A stretch of 64,000 nucleotides of DNA, from the NCBI RefSeq assembly GCF_044324875.1, contig NZ_CP172185.1; one strand, given 5' to 3'. Below are positions 54,589 through 64,000 of this stretch, piece by piece. The position numbers were made by a program, and so were the translations under genes. The notes below the pieces were generated by a model. That model searched no databases. It saw nothing but the letters and a program-made list of their open reading frames with translations, and was not told where the DNA came from. This DNA is from Escherichia coli. GTDB taxonomy: Bacteria > Pseudomonadota > Gammaproteobacteria > Enterobacterales > Enterobacteriaceae. The stretch's first letter is position 1; every line of letters starts with the position of its first letter.

Positions 54589-55779
54589 GTGACCACCCGA
54601 CAGCATTCGTCGTTTGCTATTGTTTTTATCCTTGGCCTGCTGGCCATGTTGATGCCGCTGTCGATTGATATGTATCTGCCCGCGCTACCGGTAATTTCAG
54701 CGCAGTTTGGCGTACCGGCGGGCAGTACGCAGATGACCCTCAGTACTTATATTCTGGGCTTTGCGTTGGGGCAGTTAATCTACGGGCCGATGGCAGACAG
54801 TTTCGGGCGTAAGCCGGTGGTTCTTGGCGGTACGCTGGTGTTTGCCGCCGCCGCGGTGGCGTGTGCGCTGGCACAAACCATCGATCAGCTGATTGTGATG
54901 CGTTTCTTCCACGGTCTGGCTGCGGCTGCGGCCAGCGTGGTTATCAACGCTTTGATGCGTGATATCTACCCGAAAGAAGAGTTCTCGCGGATGATGTCGT
55001 TTGTCATGCTGGTGACGACCATTGCACCGCTGATGGCACCGATAGTTGGCGGCTGGGTGCTGGTGTGGCTGAGCTGGCATTACATCTTCTGGATCCTCGC
55101 TGTGGCGGCGATTCTGGCTTCGGCAATGATCTTCTTTCTGATCAAAGAAACCTTACCACCGGAGCGTCGCCAGCCTTTTCACATTCGTACTACTATTGGT
55201 AACTTTGCGGCGCTGTTCCGTCATAAGCGTGTCCTGAGTTATATGCTTGCCAGTGGTTTCAGCTTTGCCGGGATGTTCTCGTTCTTAAGCGCCGGACCGT
55301 TTGTCTACATTGAAATTAACCACGTCGCGCCGGAAAACTTTGGTTATTACTTTGCGCTAAACATTGTTTTCCTGTTCGTGATGACCATCTTTAACAGCCG
55401 CTTCGTCCGCCGAATTGGCGCGTTAAATATGTTCCGCTCGGGGTTGTGGATACAGTTTATTATGGCGGCGTGGATGGTCATCAGTGCGCTGCTGGGGCTG
55501 GGATTCTGGTCGCTGGTGGTTGGCGTTGCGGCGTTTGTGGGCTGCGTGTCGATGGTGTCATCCAATGCGATGGCGGTCATTCTGGATGAGTTTCCCCATA
55601 TGGCGGGAACGGCATCTTCGCTGGCAGGAACCTTCCGTTTCGGCATAGGGGCAATTGTTGGCGCATTGCTTTCTCTTGCGACCTTTAACTCTGCATGGCC
55701 GATGATTTGGTCAATTGCATTCTGCGCAACCAGCTCCATTCTCTTCTGTCTGTACGCCAGTCGGCCGAAAAAACGGTGA
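54589..55779 (+). CDS. bcr: MFS multidrug efflux transporter Bcr
   Basis: 396 aa, GTG start, 12-TM MFS architecture. Confidence 0.9.
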   Translation: MTTRQHSSFAIVFILGLLAMLMPLSIDMYLPALPVISAQFGVPAGSTQMTLSTYILGFALGQLIYGPMADSFGRKPVVLGGTLVFAAAAVACALAQTIDQLIVMRFFHGLAAAAASVVINALMRDIYPKEEFSRMMSFVMLVTTIAPLMAPIVGGWVLVWLSWHYIFWILAVAAILASAMIFFLIKETLPPERRQPFHIRTTIGNFAALFRHKRVLSYMLASGFSFAGMFSFLSAGPFVYIEINHVAPENFGYYFALNIVFLFVMTIFNSRFVRRIGALNMFRSGLWIQFIMAAWMVISALLGLGFWSLVVGVAAFVGCVSMVSSNAMAVILDEFPHMAGTASSLAGTFRFGIGAIVGALLSLATFNSAWPMIWSIAFCATSSILFCLYASRPKKR

Positions 55780-55793
55780 TCTATTGCACAACG

Positions 55794-55823
55794 AGGAAGC
55801 TAAAAGGCTTCCTTTGTTGATGC
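55794..55823 (+). terminator. Possible weak bcr terminator
   Basis: 7-bp stem aggaagc/gcttcct with T-rich but interrupted tail. Confidence 0.4.
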
Positions 55824-56111
55824 ATGTCAACCATAAATCCATCATTCCCCCGATATATGTTTATTTTATGTAAAATCAATTTATGTAAAAAGTCACATCA
55901 TTGTAGTTAAAAAGGTTGAGTTAGATCGCAGAAACGGGTACATATAGCCCCGCAAACGTGACCACGCCCGCAGATATTATTTAAATCAGAGCCATAGAGG
56001 CCACGCTGGCGAGGCATCAATCTTTACGATCTGTATAAAGACGGATTGTTGATGATGTGTTAAAATTGATGTAAACAAATTGTGAAGTAAATGTGCTTCC
56101 GGGGAAAATAA

Positions 56112-56456
56112 GTGACTTCATTACAACTCTCAATCGTCCATCGACTGCCGCAGAACTATCGCTGGTCTGCTGGTTTCGCAGGTTCGAAGGTTGAACCGAT
56201 TCCGCAAAATGGACCGTGCGGTGACAACAGCCTGGTGGCGCTTAAATTGCTTAGCCCGGATGGTGATAATGCATGGTCGGTGATGTACAAACTAAGCCAG
56301 GCGTTAAGCGACATCGAAGTTCCATGCTCGGTGCTGGAGTGTGAAGGTGAGCCGTGCCTGTTTGTAAATCGCCAGGACGAGTTTGCAGCAACATGCCGAT
56401 TGAAAAATTTTGGTGTGGCAATTGCCGAACCCTTTTCAAACTACAATCCTTTTTAA
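56112..56456 (+). CDS. yejG: Uncharacterised protein YejG
   Basis: 114-aa ORF in the conserved position between bcr and yejF. Confidence 0.8.
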
Positions 56457-56459
56457 GCG

Positions 56460-58049
56460 TCAGCTCAACGCCAGTAGCTGACGCGTATACTCCTGCTGCG
56501 GTGCGGCAAACACGCGCGCGCACGGTCCTTGTTCCACTACTTCCCCTTGTCGCAGTACGATAACCTGATGACATAACGCGCGGACAACGTGCAAATCGTG
56601 ACTGATAAACAAATAGGCCAATTGATGCTTCTGTTGCAATGATTTCAATAGCGTCAATATTTGCGCCTGTACCGTTTTGTCGAGCGATGATGTTGGTTCA
56701 TCAAGAATGATCAGCGAGGGCTTAAGAATTAACGCCCTGGCAATCGCAATACGTTGCCGCTGACCACCAGAGAACTCCGCCGGATAACGGTGGCGTGTTT
56801 CAGGATCTAATCCCACTTCATGCATCACGGCTATCACTTGTTGTTCGCGTTGTGCGGCAGAAAGCGTCGGCTGGTGAACCCGTAAGCCTTCCTCAATAAT
56901 TTGCAAAACGTTGAGTCGTGGGTTGAGCGAGGAGTTTGGATCCTGAAATACCACCTGAATGCGATGACGAATAGGTAACAGCTGGCGACGATTTAAATTT
57001 TGCAGTGGCTGACCGTCAAAGATAATGCTGCCCTGAGAGTTAATCAGTCGCAGCAGCGCCAGTCCCGTCGTGCTTTTCCCGGAACCGGACTCGCCCACTA
57101 AACCCAGTGTTTCACCCGCTCGTAGCGTAAAACTGATGTTTTTCACCACCACATTATGATCCACAATGCGCTTCAAAATCCCTTTGCGAATGGGGAAGGC
57201 AACCTGAAGCTGTTCAACATTCAGCAACGTTGAGGCAGGTTCTGGCAATGGCACCGGGTCGCCTGACGGTTCACTGTTGAGTAGCTTTTGTGTGTAAGGA
57301 TGAGTGGGTGAGGCAAATAGCGTAGCGGCGTTATTTTGCTCGACACAGCGACCGTTTTGCATTACCGCCACGCGGTGGGCCAGTTTTCTGACAATGCTGA
57401 GGTTATGAGTAATAAACAGCATGCCCATATTCAGCTCGCCTTGCAGTTCGCGCAACAGCTGTAAAATCTGCGCCTGGACAGAGACGTCCAGTGCGGTGGT
57501 TGGTTCATCGGCAATTAATAATTCCGGTCGCGTTAACAGCGCCATCGCAATCATCACCCGCTGGCGTTCGCCGCCGGAGAGCTGATGCGGATAATCTGTC
57601 AGCCGTTTTGCCGCCTGGCGGATACCGACGCGATCAAGGCAGTTAAGAATTTCGCCACGAGCCGCTTCCCGACGCATCCCGCGGTGGAGTGAAAGCACTT
57701 CATAAAGCTGTTTTTCCAGGGTATGCAATGGATTTAATGACACCATCGGCTCCTGAAAAATCATGGCGATCTTATTACCGCGTACACCGCGCAACGTTTG
57801 ATCGCTGGCATGAAGCAGCGATTCGCCATGAAAACGAATATCGCCGGAGAGATATTCAACCGGCGGGGAAGGGAGCAGGCGTAAAATTGACAGCGCGGTA
57901 ACGCTTTTGCCTGAACCTGACTCACCCACCAGCGCCAGCGTTTCGCCAGCCTCAATCTGAAGTGAAACATCATTGACTACTGTACGTACGGTTTGCTGAT
58001 GGCGAAAACCCACCGACAAATTTTCAATCGCTAACAGAGTTTGCGTCAT
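56460..58049 (-). CDS. yejF: ABC transporter ATPase with duplicated ATP-binding domains, YejF
   Basis: Start at [15 protein letters not shown] (529 aa); two Walker A motifs (GESGSGKS x2) and two signature motifs (LSGGERQR / FSGGQRQR). Confidence 0.93.
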   Translation of the reverse strand: MTQTLLAIENLSVGFRHQQTVRTVVNDVSLQIEAGETLALVGESGSGKSVTALSILRLLPSPPVEYLSGDIRFHGESLLHASDQTLRGVRGNKIAMIFQEPMVSLNPLHTLEKQLYEVLSLHRGMRREAARGEILNCLDRVGIRQAAKRLTDYPHQLSGGERQRVMIAMALLTRPELLIADEPTTALDVSVQAQILQLLRELQGELNMGMLFITHNLSIVRKLAHRVAVMQNGRCVEQNNAATLFASPTHPYTQKLLNSEPSGDPVPLPEPASTLLNVEQLQVAFPIRKGILKRIVDHNVVVKNISFTLRAGETLGLVGESGSGKSTTGLALLRLINSQGSIIFDGQPLQNLNRRQLLPIRHRIQVVFQDPNSSLNPRLNVLQIIEEGLRVHQPTLSAAQREQQVIAVMHEVGLDPETRHRYPAEFSGGQRQRIAIARALILKPSLIILDEPTSSLDKTVQAQILTLLKSLQQKHQLAYLFISHDLHVVRALCHQVIVLRQGEVVEQGPCARVFAAPQQEYTRQLLALS

Positions 58050-58050
58050 G

Positions 58051-59076
58051 CTACACCGCCTTATTAGGATCAAATGCGTCGCGGACGGCTTCACCAATAA
58101 AGATCAGCAAAGACAACAATATCGCCACCGACAAGAAGGCGGTGATCCCAAGCCACGGGGCCTGAAGGTTATTTTTCCCTTGTAACAGCAGTTCGCCGAG
58201 TGACGGTGAACCGAGCGGCAGACCGAAGCCGAGGAAATCGAGTGAGGTCAGGGTGGTGATCGAACTACATAAAATAAACGGTAAAAAGGTGAGGGTAGCG
58301 ACCATGGCATTTGGCAACATATGACGCAGGATGATACTGCGATCGCTGACGCCAAGCGCCTGCGCCGCGCGGATGTAGTCGAAATTACGGGTACGTAAAA
58401 ACTCCGCCCGCACCACGCCGACCAGACTCATCCAGCCAAACAAGACGGTAATTGCCAGCAGCCACCAGAAGTTAGGCTGTACGACGCTGGAAAGTAAAAT
58501 AATCAAAAACAGCGTCGGCATCCCCGACCATACTTCAATAAAACGTTGCCCCCAGAGATCGACTTTACCGCCGTAATAGCCTTGTAGCGCCCCCGCCAGC
58601 ACGCCCATCACGCTGGAACAGAGAGTCAGCATCAGGCCAAACAGAACCGAGATCCGCGTGCCATAGAGAATACGTGCCAGCACATCGCCGCCGTTGGCAT
58701 CCGTTCCCAGCCAGTTTTGCCGGGAGGGTGGGGAGGGGAAGGGCTTGTCGGTAGCAAAGTTGATACTGGTAGCACCAAAGCGAATCGGTGCCCACAGTAC
58801 CCAGCCGTTATGTTCCAGCCGTTGTTTCAGCCACGGGTCCTGATAATCAGCCTGACTTGCCAGCGGACCGCCAAAATCGCTTTCGCTGTAGTTTTTCAAC
58901 AACGGGAAATACCAACTGCCGTCATAACGCACCAGCAACGGTTTATCGTTGGCGATAAGTTCAGAACACAAACTCAAACCAAACAAGACGAGGAAAATCC
59001 ATAACGACCAGTAGCCGCGACGGTTATGACGAAAACGCGCCCAACGGGCCTGATTGACGGGGCTGAGTCGCGACAT
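58051..59076 (-). CDS. yejE: ABC transporter permease YejE
   Basis: 341 aa; Opp/Dpp-type permease. Confidence 0.92.
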   Translation of the reverse strand: MSRLSPVNQARWARFRHNRRGYWSLWIFLVLFGLSLCSELIANDKPLLVRYDGSWYFPLLKNYSESDFGGPLASQADYQDPWLKQRLEHNGWVLWAPIRFGATSINFATDKPFPSPPSRQNWLGTDANGGDVLARILYGTRISVLFGLMLTLCSSVMGVLAGALQGYYGGKVDLWGQRFIEVWSGMPTLFLIILLSSVVQPNFWWLLAITVLFGWMSLVGVVRAEFLRTRNFDYIRAAQALGVSDRSIILRHMLPNAMVATLTFLPFILCSSITTLTSLDFLGFGLPLGSPSLGELLLQGKNNLQAPWLGITAFLSVAILLSLLIFIGEAVRDAFDPNKAV

Positions 59077-60170
59077 TAACGTCCCTCAAAATCTATACGC
59101 GGATCGACCAGCGTATAGCTGATATCACTGACAATATTCAGCAGCAGGCCAATCAGGGTGAAAATATACAAAGTACCAAACATTACAGGATAATCGCGCG
59201 AGACGGTCGCTTCGTAGCCCAGTAAGCCAAGACCATTGAGCGAAAACATTACTTCAATCAGCAGCGAGCCGGTAAAAAACATGCTGATAAACGTCGCCGG
59301 AAAACCGGCAATCACCAGCAGCATGGCGTTGCGGAACACATGTTTCCAGAGAATATTTTTTTCACTTACCCCTTTCGCACGGGCGGTCACCACGTATTGC
59401 TTGCGCACTTCATCAAGGAATGAGTTTTTTGTCAGCATGGTCAGCGCCGCAAAGCCGCCAATCACTGTCGCCAGCACCGGCAGCGTGATATGCCACAGAT
59501 AATCGGTGATTTTCTGATACCACGGCAGCGAATCAAAGTTAGCGGAAACCAGGCCGCGTAGAGGGAACAGGTCGAAATAGCTGCCGCCCGCGAAGAAGAC
59601 AATCAGCAGGATGGCAAACAAAAAGGCCGGAATGGCGTAGCCGATGATGATAAATGCGCTACTCCAGACGTCAAAGCGGCTCCCATTATAAACAGCTTTG
59701 CGAATGCCTAACGGAATCGACACCAGATAGATAATCAGCGTGCTCCACAATCCGAGGGTGATGGAAACCGGCAGACTGTCTTTAATCAGCGTCAGCACCG
59801 AGGCGCTGCGAAACAGGCTATCGCCAAAATCAAAGCGGATGTAGTCCCAGAGCATTTTGAAGTAACGTTCGTGGATCGGCTTATCGAAACCGTAGCGATG
59901 AGTGATCTCGGCGATCACTTCTGGATCTAATCCGCGTCCGCCACGGTAATTACTGTCGCTGATATTGCCGACGCCCGTTTGCGCATGGCTGGCGCGAACA
60001 CCTTCACCGCCTGCGCCGGGTAATACTCCGGCATTACCAAACTCAATGGCGGCGATGGCCTGGTCGACCGGACCGCCAGGCGCAATTTGCACGATGAAAA
60101 AGTTGATAGTGATAATCGCCCATAACGTTGGGATCACCAGCAACAGACGGCGAATCAGATAAGCGCCCAT
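59076..60170 (-). CDS. yejB: ABC transporter permease YejB
   Basis: 364 aa; Opp/Dpp-type permease; 1-nt overlap with yejE. Confidence 0.92.
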
Positions 60171-61991
60171 CTACTCTCCCTGTTGTCTGGCTGACGGCAG
60201 TTTGGCCGCTTTATTAACGTCATACCACCAGGTATCGATACCCAGGCTGTAAACAGGGCGCACTGCGGGTTGAGAGAATTTATCCCACCAGGCGAGACGG
60301 TCTTCCGCCATATACCACATTGGCAGCATGTAATAATTCCACGTTAATACGCGATCCAGTGCTCGCCCCAACGGCAGTAATTTTTCTTTATTTCCCTGCG
60401 CGGCAATAATTTGGTTGATCAGCGAGTCGATAACCGGGCTTTGCACGCCGGGGGCATTATAAGTGGAATTGATATATTCCGATGACCAGGAAATCTGTAA
60501 ATCGGAACTGGGCCACGGCATCGCCCGCCATACGCGCGGCATCATGTCATAGTCGCGACTGCGCATGCGGTTGGTGATTTGCGAGTTATCCACTTTGCGA
60601 ATGTCCATGTTGATACCCAGCCGTTGCAGGCTGTGCTGGAACGGCAATACCCACTGACTATTGCTGCTCGAAGGTAGCAATAACTCAAAGCTGAGCGGCT
60701 GACCCGTTGTGGCATCTACGCGTTGCTGACCCTTCAGCACCCAGCCCGCTTCGTTGAGAAGTTTGTCGGCTTTTAACAGGTTGTCACGATCGTAGCCATC
60801 GCCTTTGGATACCGGCGGCTGGTAGATTTGCGTGAAGACTTCTGGCGGTAGATCTTTTTTCATTGGTGCCAGAAGCACCAGCTCCGCGGCGTCGGGGTAA
60901 TTTCTGGCCGCGTATTCGGTATTCTGAAAATAACTGTTCGTGCGACTCCAGGCATTGTAAAACAACGCTTTGTTCATCCATTCAAAGTCAAAGGCGAGAG
61001 TGATCGCTTCCCGCACCCGGCGATCGCTGAATACCGGACGTTGGATATTAAACGCCAGCCAGCGCGTATCCTGGGCTGATTCGTTCTTTTGCTCATCTTT
61101 GATGATGTATTTCTTATCGAAATTTTTACCGGTATAGCGCGTGGCCCAGTTTTTGGCGTCGTTTTCCATACGCAAATCAAAGGCACCGGCTTTAAACGCT
61201 TCAAAGGCGACATTATCATCGAGGTAATAATCGTAGCGAATGGTGTCGAAATTCCAGCGTCCACGGTTTACCGGTAAGTTTGCTGCCCAGTAATCTTTCA
61301 CGCGGGAATAGACAATATTTTGCCCCATTTTCCAGGACGTAATTCGGTACGGACCACTGGCAAGCGGAGGCGTGGCGAGCGGGTCGCTAAGTTTGTGATT
61401 CTTCCAGTACTTTTCTGGAAATACCGGCAGCGAAAACAGACTCAGCATATCTTCTTTGCCGGGTTTAGCTAACTCAATACGCACGGTTAATGGTGCAATG
61501 GCTTTGACGGTGGTGCCTTTGTAGACCAGACGAAATTGCGGCACGCCTTCGGTCATAAATTTTTGAAAAGTAAACTCTACATCGCGGGCAGTAATGGGCG
61601 AACCATCATGAAAACGGGCGCGCGGATTAATAGCGACCTCCACCCAGGAATAATCGTCAGCATAGCGTGCGCTTTCGGCAATCAGCGGGTAATAACTGCC
61701 TGGTTCGTCATCGGAAGTTGTAAATAGCGTGTCGTACAGCTGCTCGGTGCGTGCGCCCGGGTTGCCGCGCAGTGCATAGCGGTTGAAATTATCGAAGGTG
61801 CCGAGGGCTGACAACGTTATCTGCCCCCCTTTTGGCGCGGCGGGGTTCACATAATCAAAATGGTTGAAATTAAACGCGTACCGGGGTTCGCCCAGCACGG
61901 CAAAGGCATAGCTTTCCTTGATAGCCTGCGCCTGCGCACCAAAGGTGAACAGAGCGATAAACAGCAGCAGTATGCGCACAATCATCTGCAA
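60171..61991 (-). CDS. yejA: Periplasmic substrate-binding protein YejA (peptide/microcin C uptake)
   Basis: Signal peptide (…[16 protein letters not shown]); family-5 SBP; start may be 2 codons downstream of 61991. Confidence 0.9.
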
Positions 61992-62066
61992 CGGATTTCC
62001 TTTTACTCATCATTAGCCGCAATCCGGCATGCTTTCACTATGAATAATAAGGGACGTAAGCACACC

Positions 62067-63623
62067 TTACCACTGCGGCGTATACGGTTTCTTCAGCCAG
62101 CGGACAAAATCGTCCAGCGGTAACGGGCGACTAATCCAGTAGCCTTGCATGAAATTAACGCCGCGTTCGCTTAGCCATCGCGCCTGTTCCGGCGTTTCGA
62201 CCCCTTCAGCAACCGTCAGCATATTGAGGCGTTTCGCCAGCGTCAGCACCGCGTCAAGTACAGGTGAAGTGATCGTTTCCGTACCGATGGCGTTGATAAA
62301 TCCACGGTCAATTTTCAGATAATCGAGCGTAAAACGCTCAAGATAGATAAGCGCGCTGTGCCCGGTGCCGAAGTCATCAATAGCAATTTCTACGCCGACC
62401 GAGTGTAGCCAGGCGAAGAGTTGTGTGGCTTCTTGCTCTTTCAGCATATCGCGCTCGGTAATTTCCAGCACAATCTGGAAGTGGTGCGCGGGTAGGGAAG
62501 TGAGCAGTTTCTGGATATCTGCTTTAAAGCTTTCGCTGTGCAGATGGTCCGGCGCAATGTTAATGCCAAATTTGACGCCTACCGGCAGTACTTTTTCTAA
62601 TTCTGCGGCATCGCGGGCAATTAACTCAAACAGGTGCTGAGTCAGCGGCACAATCATCTTTTGCGATTCGGCAAAGTTAATGAAGGCATCCGGGGGAATT
62701 TCTCCCGCTACAGGATGCCGCCAGCGTAGTAGTACTTCCAGGCCCGTTACTCGCAAAGATTGTGTATCCACCACCGGTTGATACGCCACGTAAAATTGTT
62801 CGCGCTTGATGGCGGTCATGATTTCTCTGCCGGGGCGCATACGTACGCTCATCAGGTAATAGCAGAGCAGGCCAACGACAGTTCCACTCATGCCGCCCAG
62901 TAAAAATGCGTACCACACATCGTTCCATGTCCAGTCATCTGCATAAAGCCGAACGGTCAGAGGAATGCCCGCAATTTTAGTTTCACGGACCGGCATGTCG
63001 GTTAATTCATTAACATTCATCAAACGTGACGAAAAGGTAGATAGCGCAGTATTACCAATAATAAGGGCGACACCATCGTAATCTTCCTGCCGTGACCTAT
63101 AGAAGAGTGAAGGTGTCAGATTGAGATTCAGCGCGGCAAACACGCCACTATTTTTCAACAACGGGTTGCGATACCAAATGACGATTGCGGGTTTGTTCGG
63201 CACCATCGGCGTACCGGGTAAGATCGCCATATCGACATTTTTATTAATGTCGAGCGCCGGAATCAATTCTTTTAGTGGAATGTCCATCTCACCAGTCGCA
63301 GATGAACAGAATGTTTTTTTATCTTTCACCAGCACAAACGTACGGACATTCATGCTAAACGCCGCGCGGGCAGTCAGTTCGGGGTTAGCCTGCTGGCAGG
63401 TATCTAAGGTCAGCGGCTGGAGCCGGTCAGTAGTGGATTTCAGATCGGCAAAATAGGTATCGAGATACTTTTGTACGTCGGTAATCAGTGTGTCGTATTT
63501 GACTTCGTGTTTATGCCAGGCCACTAAAAACTGAAGGCAGCTCACCAGTATCGCAATCATCACGCCTGCAACAATGCAGGTAAGCAGGAGCTTACGTCCA
63601 GAATTGGGAGCGCGTATGAACAT
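62067..63623 (-). CDS. rtn: EAL-domain cyclic-di-GMP phosphodiesterase Rtn (PdeN)
   Basis: 518 aa; N-terminal TM/periplasmic region; EAL signature (LEVLLRWRHP), no GGDEF domain. Confidence 0.9.
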   Translation of the reverse strand: MFIRAPNSGRKLLLTCIVAGVMIAILVSCLQFLVAWHKHEVKYDTLITDVQKYLDTYFADLKSTTDRLQPLTLDTCQQANPELTARAAFSMNVRTFVLVKDKKTFCSSATGEMDIPLKELIPALDINKNVDMAILPGTPMVPNKPAIVIWYRNPLLKNSGVFAALNLNLTPSLFYRSRQEDYDGVALIIGNTALSTFSSRLMNVNELTDMPVRETKIAGIPLTVRLYADDWTWNDVWYAFLLGGMSGTVVGLLCYYLMSVRMRPGREIMTAIKREQFYVAYQPVVDTQSLRVTGLEVLLRWRHPVAGEIPPDAFINFAESQKMIVPLTQHLFELIARDAAELEKVLPVGVKFGINIAPDHLHSESFKADIQKLLTSLPAHHFQIVLEITERDMLKEQEATQLFAWLHSVGVEIAIDDFGTGHSALIYLERFTLDYLKIDRGFINAIGTETITSPVLDAVLTLAKRLNMLTVAEGVETPEQARWLSERGVNFMQGYWISRPLPLDDFVRWLKKPYTPQW

Positions 63624-63726
63624 GATTCCGTTAATTTCCTGAAATTACGACAACATTTAAAAGATAACAATGACCGGACTATAGCCTGGATCAAGACGCG
63701 GAAACATCATTTTCTCTGATGAATGA

Positions 63727-63756
63727 AAACAAAAAAGCACTGCCTAAGCAGTGCTT
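63727..63756 (-). terminator. mepS intrinsic terminator
   Basis: On the minus strand, aagcactgc-ttag-gcagtgctt hairpin followed by TTTTTTGTTTT. Confidence 0.75.
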
Positions 63757-63803
63757 TCAGTTAACTCGTCAGGATAGCCAAGGGATTGCATCCAAACGGT
63801 TTA

Positions 63804-64000
63804 TTAGCTGCGGCTGAGAACCCGGCGTGCTTCGTTGTAACGCTTCTTCCAGTACGGTTCATTCATGCTGGAAATAATAACACCACTGCTGGTGGAAGCA
63901 TGGACAAACTGATTGTTGCCGATATAAATACCGACATGGCGTCCCGTTGAACCGGCACGGAACAGAACTAAATCACCCGTACGCAAATTACTGCGGGAAA
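63804..64000 (-). CDS. mepS: NlpC/P60 peptidoglycan DD-endopeptidase MepS (Spr), C-terminal part only
   Basis: C-terminus …[42 protein letters not shown] with conserved catalytic His region; gene continues beyond window end. Confidence 0.88.

Overview
This window reads as a colinear stretch of Escherichia coli (or very close Enterobacteriaceae) core chromosome, matching the K-12 yfaA-to-mepS interval in reverse orientation. Gene identities were assigned by recognising the translated proteins and their motifs from memory; no database search was run. In order: the yfaA-yfaT-yfaS-yfaQ-yfaP operon (yfaA truncated at the window start), atoSC/atoDAEB, rcsC, rcsB, rcsD, micF, ompC, apbE, ada-alkB, yojI, mqo, eco, napFDAGHBC-ccmABCDEFGH, narP, yejO, tRNA-Pro, yejM, yejL, yejK, rplY, yejH(radD), rsuA, bcr, yejG, yejFEBA, rtn and the 3' end of mepS. 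I found no IS elements, integrases, phage genes, CRISPR arrays or out-of-place genes, so I cannot support a claim of a new biological system here. The best candidates for follow-up are (1) the five-gene yfaATSQP operon encoding exported proteins, with an intact 1539-aa alpha-2-macroglobulin-like YfaS lacking a CxEQ thioester motif, and (2) an intact 863-aa YejO autotransporter. From memory, both are pseudogenes in K-12. Regulatory elements read directly from the sequence include the atoD sigma54 promoter with its AtoC palindrome, the OmpR boxes of ompC, a NarP 7-2-7 site at napF, REP/BIME repeats and several hairpin terminators. Several ORF-track entries are N-terminally over-extended and have been trimmed to the recognised starts.
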